Part shown: in pieces, positions 29,510-38,097 of the stretch
Layout: each line of letters starts with the position of its first letter
How positions within the stretch are numbered: the stretch's first letter is position 1
Origin: Nanobdellota archaeon
GTDB lineage: Archaea > Nanobdellota > Nanobdellia > Pacearchaeales > GW2011-AR1
DNA: 64,000 nucleotides
Reading direction: 5' to 3'
Assembly (NCBI GenBank): GCA_038045705.1
Contig: JBBSXO010000001.1
Coordinates: forward strand, 64,001 to 128,000
Made by a program: the position numbers and the translations under genes
Notes under the pieces: generated by a model
Database searches by the model: none
Told to the model about the DNA's origin: nothing
The model's input: the letters and a program-made list of their open reading frames with translations, nothing else

Positions 29510-30979
29510 ATGAGATTAAAATTAAAGCTTCTAAAGATTTCAGCAGGCAAACCAGTAATTTTCTTACATGAGTCATCTGCCAAAAAGATGGGGATTCATA
29601 CAGGAGATAGAGTAGCCATAAGAAAAAACGGAGATATATTTGTTGCAATCGTAGATTTAGCAAGAGGTTTAATTAAAAAAAACGAAGTAGCTATATCAGA
29701 GGAGCTGGCTTCATCAATTAAACATCATAAGGGATATGTAGAAATTCTCCCATCAGAAGTGGCCGAAAGCTCATTCATTTTGCAAAATCAAAAAGGTTGT
29801 AGAGAATATTCAGCAAAAGAATTAGAAAAAATAATGTCTGATATTGTAAATAATTTGTTAACTGAAGCAGAAATTGCCTATTTCATCTCCACGATGGTTC
29901 ATTGTGATCCTTCTCTAGAAGAAGCAATAAATCTAACAAAAGCAATAGTAAAAACTGGAAATACTATTTCTTGGCCTTATAAAATAGTTGCAGATAAACA
30001 CTCAATCGGAGGAATACCTGGGAACAGAACAACACCAATAGTTGTTTCAATATGTGCATCTGCTGGAATAATAATGCCCAAAACATCATCAAGAGCAATA
30101 ATTTCTGCAGCAGGTACAGCAGATACTATAGAATCTATTTCTCCCGTAAGCTTATCTATAAATGAACTAAAAAGAGTTGTAAAAAAGACAGGTGCCTGTC
30201 TGGTTTGGGGTGGTTCTCTAGGCCTCGCTCCAGCAGATGACAAATTAATAAGAGTGGAAAAGTTACTTAGAGTGGATCCAGAAGCTCAATTAATTGCTTC
30301 AATTTTAGCTAAGAAAATTTCTGTAGGCAGTACACATGTTCTAATAGATATACCATATGGTGATGGAGCAAAAGTATCTAAAGAAAGAGGAGAAAAACTA
30401 AGCAAGCTATTTATCTTAATAGGCAACAAATTAGGTCTTAAAATAAAAACAATTTTAACTGATGGCAAGGAACCAATAGGGCACGGAATAGGTCCAATTT
30501 TAGAAATGAAAGATGTTTTAAAAGTTTTAAAACAAGATAACCCTCCGAGAGACTTAGAAGAAAAAGCATTAATTCTTGCCGGAATTATAATCGAAATGGT
30601 GGGAAAAGCAAAGCCTGGCAAAGGTATAATTAAAGCAAAAGAGATTTTGTATTCAGGAGTGGCATATAAAAAATTCTCAGAAATAATCTCTGCTCAAGGC
30701 GGTGACGCAAAAACATGGCTTCCAGAAGCAAAATTTAATCATACTATAATTTCAAGTCACTCTGGCATAATTCAAAAAATAAACAATCAAAACATAAACT
30801 ATCTAGCAAGGATCACAGGTTGCCCCATAGACAAAGCCTCAGGTATTTACATCTATAAGCATATAGGTGAGAAAATATTCAAAGGTGATAAATTAGCAAC
30901 TTTATTTTCAGAATCAAAATTAAAATTAAATGAATCGATAAAGTTCTTTAAAAAACAAAAACCAATAATGATAGTATAA
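29510..30979 (+). CDS. deoA: AMP phosphorylase (thymidine phosphorylase family)
   Basis: N-terminal extra domain, DKHSIGGIPGNRTT, PKTSSRAI.SAAGTAD, LAPADD. Confidence 0.92.
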   Translation: MRLKLKLLKISAGKPVIFLHESSAKKMGIHTGDRVAIRKNGDIFVAIVDLARGLIKKNEVAISEELASSIKHHKGYVEILPSEVAESSFILQNQKGCREYSAKELEKIMSDIVNNLLTEAEIAYFISTMVHCDPSLEEAINLTKAIVKTGNTISWPYKIVADKHSIGGIPGNRTTPIVVSICASAGIIMPKTSSRAIISAAGTADTIESISPVSLSINELKRVVKKTGACLVWGGSLGLAPADDKLIRVEKLLRVDPEAQLIASILAKKISVGSTHVLIDIPYGDGAKVSKERGEKLSKLFILIGNKLGLKIKTILTDGKEPIGHGIGPILEMKDVLKVLKQDNPPRDLEEKALILAGIIIEMVGKAKPGKGIIKAKEILYSGVAYKKFSEIISAQGGDAKTWLPEAKFNHTIISSHSGIIQKINNQNINYLARITGCPIDKASGIYIYKHIGEKIFKGDKLATLFSESKLKLNESIKFFKKQKPIMIV

Positions 30980-31013
30980 CAATCTTTTTATACATAAGGA
31001 AACAAAAAATAAT

Positions 31014-31295
31014 ATGCAAAAAGATGAGACTTATTTGACTGGAACTGTTAATTATATAAAAAGAAATTTAAGAAAGGGATATAACAAAGAATCATTAAAG
31101 TGGATGCTCATAAAACAAGGTACAAGTAGATCAGAAGTTGAAAAAGCATTTGTTCAAGCAGAGAAAGAAATAATAAATGAGCAAATAGCTGAATCAAGAA
31201 GACTTCAGTCAATGCAACCTGCTCCAAGAATAGAACCTATTATGCCAGAAGTAGAAAAGAAGAAAGGCTTTTTCTCAAGACTATTCGGAAATTAA
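31014..31295 (+). CDS. hypothetical protein
   Basis: 93 aa ending in KKKGFFSRLFG, a likely amphipathic membrane-targeting helix. Confidence 0.65.
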   Translation: MQKDETYLTGTVNYIKRNLRKGYNKESLKWMLIKQGTSRSEVEKAFVQAEKEIINEQIAESRRLQSMQPAPRIEPIMPEVEKKKGFFSRLFGN

Positions 31296-31765
31296 TACCC
31301 AACAGGTGGTTTTAATTTCTTTCCAAGCATTTTAACTTTAAGTTTGAATAACTGTTCATTTATACTATCTACTTCTTTGTTCAATTCATCAAATGACAAA
31401 TCTCTTTCTTTTATTAATTCTCCAACATATGCCTCTGTTTTTGTATAATCATTCTTGAATTTCTGATTAACATCTTTCCACTTAATTCCTTTAAGCCATT
31501 GAGCAAAAAATGGATTGTAACTAATAATTCCATTAGTCAAAAGCAAAGCAATACAAGGATAACTTAAAGTATCTGTGTAGTAAGAAGTATTATCATTACA
31601 CATAATTGAATTAGTTTTAGAATCAAAATTTACATTGTAAAATTTATTTCTTGATGAAGAATATACCTTAGCACCATTATTCAAATCAATTTCTATTCTT
31701 TTATCACTTATACATCCAAGAGCCTCATAAACATGCTTTCTCTTTGTAGAAACAACCCATTCCAT
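31292..31765 (-). CDS. hypothetical protein
   Basis: VYEALG, AKVYSSS, CNDN, YPCIA, IKWKDVN; no function recognised. Confidence 0.65.
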   Translation of the reverse strand: MEWVVSTKRKHVYEALGCISDKRIEIDLNNGAKVYSSSRNKFYNVNFDSKTNSIMCNDNTSYYTDTLSYPCIALLLTNGIISYNPFFAQWLKGIKWKDVNQKFKNDYTKTEAYVGELIKERDLSFDELNKEVDSINEQLFKLKVKMLGKKLKPPVGY

Positions 31766-31795
31766 AAATTTCAAAGAAATCTTTTATTTTTATAA

Positions 31796-32599
31796 TTAAT
31801 CTTTATTTCCTGTTAACTTAACTTCAGCTATTGCTAGTGCTTGAACTAATTTGCTCAACGTGCTAAATCCTTTCTCTCCCCCAAGATCCTTATCTAATCT
31901 CAAATTAAGGCTTCTTCTAGTTGCTTTAGCAATCCCAACTGGGCTTTGATAATGTCCAAAAAAATCAAGTGTAGTATAAGATCTTCCTAAATCATGTAAA
32001 CATTTAGCATTTGAAACATAAACTCCGGGTTTTTCTAATCTTTTAGCAATTTGGTCTGATCTTTCATTATTCTCGACAGAATCCATTCCATTCCAAGTTT
32101 CAAGAGCATCAACACTTTCTAATAATCTATCTGCGAAAGTATATGGTCTTCCAGCAGTTATCAGAACATTTTCTCCAGAATCTCTAGCTTCCTTGATAAG
32201 ATAACTAAAATCTCCATCGAATTTTGAACCTCTTTTGCCAACAGTTCTTTCCGCAAAAAGAACTTGAATATTCCCCTCATAAGTCATTAATCCTTGTCCA
32301 TGTATGATAACTAATTTTTTTTCAGAATCAGGCGAGATATATGAGGCAGTTCCATTTCCAAAACAAGTAAACCCTTCAAGTCTTTCCATTTGCTTCAAAT
32401 ATTCATTCCATCTATTATCAGTTCCTTCAGAATGTGAGAAAGATCTTAATACAATTCCATCTAATCCTCTCTTTATTGCAGTTTCAGCTATTTCTTTTAT
32501 TGATGGTCTGGATCTGCCAAATCTAGCCAATCTTTCAGTTATCAAAGGCTTTTGATTTTCCCCTTTGATAGTAGCGCAAGCACTAAAGTCTATATTCAT
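31796..32599 (-). CDS. degenerate PHP-like domain protein
   Basis: GLDGIVL, VDALETWNG, VSNAK..DLGRSYT resemble the PHP fold but lack the canonical His/Asp ligands. Confidence 0.45.
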   Translation of the reverse strand: MNIDFSACATIKGENQKPLITERLARFGRSRPSIKEIAETAIKRGLDGIVLRSFSHSEGTDNRWNEYLKQMERLEGFTCFGNGTASYISPDSEKKLVIIHGQGLMTYEGNIQVLFAERTVGKRGSKFDGDFSYLIKEARDSGENVLITAGRPYTFADRLLESVDALETWNGMDSVENNERSDQIAKRLEKPGVYVSNAKCLHDLGRSYTTLDFFGHYQSPVGIAKATRRSLNLRLDKDLGGEKGFSTLSKLVQALAIAEVKLTGNKD

Positions 32600-32762
32600 A
32601 TTTTCCCGAAAGTTAATCTATTTTTAAACCTTTACAATTAAGAAATTTGCTGTAGTATCCCATGCAAGAATATTAGGATACTACAATGATAATAAAAATC
32701 AATAAGTGTTACTTTTTTAGAAATATCAATAACTCTATATAAACATTAATTCATTATAATTG

Positions 32763-32825
32763 ATGAGAAAATCAACAAGAATAGCTAGAAAGCGTAACGC
32801 TAAAAAACGCAGAAAAAACAAGTAA
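32763..32825 (+). CDS. 20-aa Lys/Arg-rich micro-protein
   Basis: MRKSTRIARKRNAKKRRKNK*, TATATAAA at 32736-32743. Confidence 0.5.
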   Translation: MRKSTRIARKRNAKKRRKNK

Positions 32826-32847
32826 TATAATATGCCCCTTAAGAAAA

Positions 32848-32929
32848 CGCCGCCGCCCGGAATCGAACCGGGAGATCCCGAAGGAAGGTAGTTCTCAAGA
32901 CTACTGGAGTACCATTGTCCCACAGCGGC
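32848..32929 (-). tRNA. tRNA-Ser (anticodon TGA)
   Basis: GCCGCTG/CGGCGGC acceptor stem, GTAGT-CTTGAGA-ACTAC anticodon arm, long variable arm, GTTCGATTC T-loop, G discriminator, no encoded CCA. Confidence 0.95.
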
Positions 32930-33485
32930 TTAACAATAAATTCTTCTCGACCTTATTTAAAGATAACTGATAAGACTTGTAAATTTGTCTTTGAGTGTAC
33001 TCTCTTACTGCCTTTTTCTTACCAATAAATTCTGCAATTAATTCAGATAAATCTTCTAGAAATAATTTACTTCCCAAATGAAATCTAATTGATTTATCAG
33101 TAGTATAACCATCAGTTATTAGCATTCCTTGAATAAATAATAATTTTTCTTTATCCGTTCCATTTTTTATCAGGTGCAAAACTCTCAAAACATCTCTTTT
33201 AACTCCTTCGGGAAAGCCTAGACCTCTAATCTCTTCAAATATTTTGCGAGAAATTTTTACGAAATGCCATATTTCTTGTCGATTATATCTATTTCTAGAA
33301 CTTATGTGCCCTTCTATTTCAAATATATCATAAAATAACCTATTAAATAATAAAACTAACTCTTTTTTAGTATTACAAAATTGAATTGGGTAAGTACGGT
33401 AACCATCACCATTATGTCCTTTAGATAAACAGCCATCTCCACTAAGCATCCCAAGAAATAGCGCAAGCTTCTCACCCTTATCCAT
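32901..33485 (-). CDS. free-standing two-motif LAGLIDADG homing-endonuclease-like protein
   Basis: LALFLGMLSGDG and LLFIQGMLITDG motifs, IQFCNT. Confidence 0.85.
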   Translation of the reverse strand: MDKGEKLALFLGMLSGDGCLSKGHNGDGYRTYPIQFCNTKKELVLLFNRLFYDIFEIEGHISSRNRYNRQEIWHFVKISRKIFEEIRGLGFPEGVKRDVLRVLHLIKNGTDKEKLLFIQGMLITDGYTTDKSIRFHLGSKLFLEDLSELIAEFIGKKKAVREYTQRQIYKSYQLSLNKVEKNLLLSRCGTMVLQ

Positions 33486-33540
33486 AAAAGTATTTAGCGT
33501 CGTTATTTATATAATTTTACGACTACTTTGGAGTTTAACT

Positions 33541-34071
33541 CTAGTTTTTATTAATCAATTCCCACAAATATCTATCAATAAAATTTCCCTCTATCAGCTT
33601 GTCTTTTTCCATAGTTCCTATTTTTCTAAAACCAGCTTTTTTCAGTAATTTATTAGAAGAAATATTGTTTGTTAGAGTATCAGCAAATAGCTTTTCTAAT
33701 TTCAATTTATTAAAAGAGAAATCTATTGCTTCTTTCAAAGCTTCCAAGGCATAACCATTTCCCCTATAATCTTTACCCAACCAATAACCAACCTTTGCAT
33801 TTTTGTCAGTTTTATTTATATCAAATATATCAATCACCCCTATTATGTTCCCATTATCTTTTAATTGAATCTTGAACATAATAACTGTTTTCTTCTCTTT
33901 CCATTCTTTTTCTATTTCTCGTAATATTTTATTTACTTTACTTTCAGTAAGTGGATAAGGCCAATAGTAAGTAAAGTAACTAATTTCTCTATCATTTCCT
34001 ATCTTAGCTATTTCAAGAGAATCACCTTCAGATACCTGTTTAAGAATAAGCCTCTTTGTTTCTATCTCCAT
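33541..34071 (-). CDS. RimJ/RimL-type GNAT acetyltransferase
   Basis: IETKRLIL, VGYWLGKDYRGNGYA, NISSNKLLKKAGF. Confidence 0.92.
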   Translation of the reverse strand: MEIETKRLILKQVSEGDSLEIAKIGNDREISYFTYYWPYPLTESKVNKILREIEKEWKEKKTVIMFKIQLKDNGNIIGVIDIFDINKTDKNAKVGYWLGKDYRGNGYALEALKEAIDFSFNKLKLEKLFADTLTNNISSNKLLKKAGFRKIGTMEKDKLIEGNFIDRYLWELINKN

Positions 34072-34182
34072 TAATAAGGGGATCTTCTATTGTTTATAAC
34101 TATTATCAGTAAAACTAACTCTCTAGAATGCAAGTCTTACTAACACTTTTGTTATTCGGCTAACTAAATAAAATAAAAAAAT

Positions 34183-34467
34183 TTAGCCAAATAAAGATGC
34201 TAGTCCAGCTGCTGATTCAGAAGGTCTCTCTTCTTTCTTCTCTTCTTTTGCAGGTGCAGATTGTGCAACAGCAGAAGGTGCAGCTACAGCAACATTTGCA
34301 TTCTCAAGTTCAGCGCCAATATCGACACCGTGCAAGCTAGCAATCAATGCCTTTAGCTTTGATTCATCAACCTGACTTCCAGTAGAATGAATAACTTTCT
34401 TTAAGTTTTCTTCATTAACTGGGTGACCTAGTTTATGCAATAATAAAGCTCCGTAGATGTATTCCAT
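34183..34467 (-). CDS. rpl12: ribosomal stalk protein P1 (aL12)
   Basis: MEYIYGALLLH...AAGLASLFG. Confidence 0.97.
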   Translation of the reverse strand: MEYIYGALLLHKLGHPVNEENLKKVIHSTGSQVDESKLKALIASLHGVDIGAELENANVAVAAPSAVAQSAPAKEEKKEERPSESAAGLASLFG

Positions 34468-35267
34468 TACATTCCCTCCTTTGTAATTATAAGTTTTTCA
34501 ATAGCTTTCTCTTCTCTTACAGCCTTAGTGATGAAATATCTAATGGTTTTCTGAGTAGGGTATTTGATATTAATTGCAAAACCAAGAGCTTTCCTAATAA
34601 GTTCTTTAACTTGCTCAAGAGTTCCAACTTTATCAATAACTAGATTAGAATATATTTTATCTTCTTTAGAATCATAAGCAATAATTGGTATAAAACCAAC
34701 TTTCATAGGACTTACATTTAATTTCCCTAAGACACTTGCTACATTAACCTTAATTATTTCACCACTCTTAACAACAATGGCTCCTTTAATTATTTCAAGT
34801 TTTCCTTCAGTAACTTTCACTTTCAATCCAACTCCAGATAATTCTGAAATTGCAGGACCCGCAACTAAATCAGTCGGTCCAGGTTCAATTTCAATATCAC
34901 TTGGGGCAATATCCCCAGTTTTAGCTCTTCTGGAGCTTTGGAAGTCCATAAGTATACTAGATAATTCAAAAGGTTCAGTATCTGAGAAAAGAATAACATA
35001 ATCTGCTTCAATGCTTTTCTTTAGATTTTGTATGCTTCCTTTTTCAATAGACTCAATAGCCTTAATTAATGCGCTTTTTTTAGCAACTCTTAATTCTGCT
35101 AATCCTCGCATTTTTTTCTTTATTTCATTGAATTGTTTTCCAGGAAGTCCTTTAGAAGAAGCAATCATGATAGTTCTATTTCTGTTCATCAAATGAGCTA
35201 GATCTTTTACTATCTGTTTTTTTGCTTCAGATACCACAGTTACGTGTTCAGTCTTCATTTGAGCCAT
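34467..35267 (-). CDS. rpl10: ribosomal protein uL10 (P0), short C-terminus
   Basis: AKTGDIAP.DI.IEPGPT..AGP; between L1 and L12. Confidence 0.96.
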   Translation of the reverse strand: MAQMKTEHVTVVSEAKKQIVKDLAHLMNRNRTIMIASSKGLPGKQFNEIKKKMRGLAELRVAKKSALIKAIESIEKGSIQNLKKSIEADYVILFSDTEPFELSSILMDFQSSRRAKTGDIAPSDIEIEPGPTDLVAGPAISELSGVGLKVKVTEGKLEIIKGAIVVKSGEIIKVNVASVLGKLNVSPMKVGFIPIIAYDSKEDKIYSNLVIDKVGTLEQVKELIRKALGFAINIKYPTQKTIRYFITKAVREEKAIEKLIITKEGM

Positions 35268-35884
35268 TATTTAATCTGAACCTCAACAGGCTTAGTCATC
35301 GTCAGTTTTATCAATGCTTTTTTAACATTATCAATTTTTAAAGGCAAAGCTTGAACAATTCCTTCATAAACTGATTTTGCATTTTCCATAATCTTGACAT
35401 CTTCCATACTTAATTTTCCAACCGCTATTTTGATACTTGCATCTTTGATTCTTATCTTAGCAGACTTAGCAATCTTTTCTAAAGTATTTTTTACTTCATC
35501 TGGGCTATCTTTCATCATAACTCCAAGTTGTGGAGAAGGCATCTTTCCAGTTGGACCCAGAACTTTACCGAATGAACTAGCTACAGATGGCATCAGACTT
35601 CCATGAGCAATGAAAAAATCATATTTTTTAACAAGCTTCTTTAAAGCTTTCTTTTCAGAATATTTAGCAAATTCTGGTTTTGTTATTGTAGGAACAATAT
35701 CGCTTTTTTCGTTCAAGAAAGCACATACTGTTTTATCTTTGAATTTATTTGGTACATCAACTACAAATGATAAATTAGTTTTTCTAAAATCCAGTCCTTT
35801 AAGATTTACAATTAAATCAACAGTCTGATCAAACTTACGTTCTTTCTGATTTCTAAGTTCCTTTAGTGCGTCTTTCAATTCCAT
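35267..35884 (-). CDS. rpl1: 50S ribosomal protein uL1
   Basis: RKFDQTVDLIVNLK, GKVLGPTGKMP, KLTM. Confidence 0.97.
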   Translation of the reverse strand: MELKDALKELRNQKERKFDQTVDLIVNLKGLDFRKTNLSFVVDVPNKFKDKTVCAFLNEKSDIVPTITKPEFAKYSEKKALKKLVKKYDFFIAHGSLMPSVASSFGKVLGPTGKMPSPQLGVMMKDSPDEVKNTLEKIAKSAKIRIKDASIKIAVGKLSMEDVKIMENAKSVYEGIVQALPLKIDNVKKALIKLTMTKPVEVQIK

Positions 35885-36021
35885 GTTTATTTGTCTTCTA
35901 CAGGATGCTTCAACCCATATAATTCAGGGTCAAAGATGTAGTTTAATGACTTTTAAGGTTAATTTAAACGGTTTATAAACTTGTCGTTTAGTTTGAGTTA
36001 ATTTATACCCATTCACTTATC

Positions 36022-36148
36022 AACCGCGCAAAATCAGAATTATTAATAACTTAATCGCGCAAAATAAGCCTTTTATTAAAAAATAGCTATTTTACACATA
36101 AATTTAACCGCGCAAAACAAAGATTTAAATACTTTTAACCGCGCAATA
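36022..36148 (+). repeat. four 12-bp direct repeats AAYCGCGCAAWA, putative operator array
   Basis: Copies at 36022, 36053, 36106 and 36137 (spacing 31, 53, 31 bp). Confidence 0.8.
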
Positions 36149-36152
36149 TCCT

Positions 36153-37229
36153 ATGGAATGGGCAAAACCAAGAGGATATAGCAAGTCTAAAGTAGATTGG
36201 GCGGGAGATGCCTTAATTAGCGATAAAAGTTCAGAGAGTGATTTGGATAAAGCTATTGAGATATTAGTTAATTGGAGAGCTATACACAAGTATCCAATGC
36301 ACATTTTTCATAAGAGGCTAAAAAGTGTTTCGGAGAAAATAGATAAAAACGCATTAGTCGTTGAACGTTTGAAAAGATTTCCTTCCATAATAAAAAAACT
36401 CAAGAGAAAGTACGGTGGAAATGAACCTACGATGAATCTATCTCAAATGCAAGATATTGCAGGCTGTAGAGCTGTTTTGTCCAATGTAGAATTGGTAAGA
36501 AAAATTTACATGGATGGATATGTCAAAGGAGATATCAAACATAAGAAAGTAAATGAAAAAGACTATATTACTTATCCCAAAGAAGATGGGTATAGAAGTA
36601 TCCACCTAATATATAAATACAAAAGTGACAAAGGTAAAAAAAAGGATTTTAATGATCTACTTGTTGAAATTCAGATAAGATCAAAATTACAACATTTGTG
36701 GGCAACAGCAATAGAAACAGTTGATTTTTTTACTAGACAAGCAATAAAATCTAATGAAGGTCAAAAGGAATGGAAAGACTTTTTTAAGCTAGTTAGCTCG
36801 GCATTTGCGCTGATAGAAAATTCTCCTTTAGTCCCAAATACTCCATTAAATCTTAAAGAATTATATTCTCAAATTAAGATAAAAGAAGAAGAATTGCAAG
36901 TTATTAAAATAATGAGTGGATGGACAGAAGCAATAGATGTTTTTCAAAAAGAATCTCAAGAAAAACCACATCTACAGTTATTTTTATTGGAATTAGACAT
37001 AATAGGGGAGAAACTTAACATAACTGGTTATACAAATGGAGAAGAAGAAAAAGCTATATCTGATTATTCAAGAGCTGAAAAAAGAAATCAGGGAAAAAAA
37101 GAATATGATGTAGTTTTAGTAGGAGTTAACGCAGCAAATGAACTGAAGGAAGCCTATCCAAATTATTTCGCAGATACAAGAGAGTTTTTAGAGAATTTAA
37201 AGAAAATAATAACTAAAGCTAGTTCTTGA
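36153..37229 (+). CDS. RelA/SpoT-domain small alarmone synthetase, fused CapRel-like toxin-antitoxin
   Basis: RLKRFPSIIKKL, MQDIAGCR, DYI..PKEDGYRSIH, EIQIRS..QH.WATA, C-terminal AYPNYF. Confidence 0.85.
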   Translation: MEWAKPRGYSKSKVDWAGDALISDKSSESDLDKAIEILVNWRAIHKYPMHIFHKRLKSVSEKIDKNALVVERLKRFPSIIKKLKRKYGGNEPTMNLSQMQDIAGCRAVLSNVELVRKIYMDGYVKGDIKHKKVNEKDYITYPKEDGYRSIHLIYKYKSDKGKKKDFNDLLVEIQIRSKLQHLWATAIETVDFFTRQAIKSNEGQKEWKDFFKLVSSAFALIENSPLVPNTPLNLKELYSQIKIKEEELQVIKIMSGWTEAIDVFQKESQEKPHLQLFLLELDIIGEKLNITGYTNGEEEKAISDYSRAEKRNQGKKEYDVVLVGVNAANELKEAYPNYFADTREFLENLKKIITKASS

Positions 37230-37231
37230 CT

Positions 37232-37681
37232 CTAAGACTTATTCAAAACCTGCAAATATTCTTTAATTCTGCCAACTGCTTGAGGAATAAGAAACTTTTC
37301 TATTTTTTGCTCAAACAAATCATGTAATGTTGCAAACTCAGAAACTCTGTATAGATTATTCTTTTTTTCAACAAGCATAATATCTCTTAATCTTTTTAGT
37401 TGTCTGCGTATATTACTCTCGGCAATTCCTTTAGTTTCTAATGAATTATCTTGTCTCATTTGCGTAACAATATCTCTAACTTCAAAACTTGTTAGCTCTT
37501 TCTTTTCCTTACGGGCTTCTTCAAGAGCAAGTAAAATATCTACTATAATATCTCTGCCATCTCCAGGTTGAAGCAGTCCAATGCTCAAACAAATTTTTCT
37601 TATTATCTCCCTTTTAGAACTATCATAAGGCTTCTCATATTTTCTTAGAGTTATTTCGTTTAATGGGACGTCTCTAGCCAT
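37232..37681 (-). CDS. winged-helix DNA-binding protein
   Basis: GIAESNIRRQLKRLRDIMLVEKKNNLY wHTH pattern; start at MARDVP. Confidence 0.7.
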   Translation of the reverse strand: MARDVPLNEITLRKYEKPYDSSKREIIRKICLSIGLLQPGDGRDIIVDILLALEEARKEKKELTSFEVRDIVTQMRQDNSLETKGIAESNIRRQLKRLRDIMLVEKKNNLYRVSEFATLHDLFEQKIEKFLIPQAVGRIKEYLQVLNKS

Positions 37682-37740
37682 GGTTCTACAAAAACCACAA
37701 TCGTTATAAATGTAATCTTTCAACATCATAAGATTGTAAA

Positions 37741-38094
37741 ATGGAATTAGTTGCATTTTTAGGAGATGATAAAGAAACTTGGGGTCAAGTTACAGGTTTG
37801 ATAAATAGAGGTGAGTGGGAAAAAATAATTCTTGTTAAATCGAAAACATCTGATGAATATATTTCTTCCAAAGATGCCGATATAATCACAGTAGATACTT
37901 CAAAACCTCTTGTAGATTTAAAAGATGATATGATAAAGAAACTAAGACCTAAATTTTCAGGTTTTGATGTTCATGTCTCAATAGCATCTGGAACAGGAAA
38001 AGAACATATGGCTTTAATCAGTGCATTACTTTCAGTACCAGTTGGAGTAAGACTAGTAGTATTTACAAAGAATGGAGTAGAGACAATTAATTAG
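37741..38094 (+). CDS. hypothetical Rossmann-like protein, possibly CARF-like
   Basis: Alternating beta/alpha pattern; DVHVSIASGTGKEHMAL resembles the CARF motif. Confidence 0.5.
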   Translation: MELVAFLGDDKETWGQVTGLINRGEWEKIILVKSKTSDEYISSKDADIITVDTSKPLVDLKDDMIKKLRPKFSGFDVHVSIASGTGKEHMALISALLSVPVGVRLVVFTKNGVETIN

Positions 38095-38097
38095 ATA

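Noticed and set aside
32735-32923. 62-aa minus-strand ORF in the track
   Set aside because: It is a translation of the tRNA-Ser gene and the antisense of the micro-ORF
32848-32929. tRNA-Sec or opal suppressor because of TGA in the loop
   Set aside because: TGA is the anticodon, which reads UCA (Ser); stems are the normal 7/5 type; TGA acts as a stop codon in this window
36022-36148. Mini CRISPR array
   Set aside because: Repeats are only 12 bp with 19, 41 and 19 bp gaps and there are no cas genes; an operator array fits better
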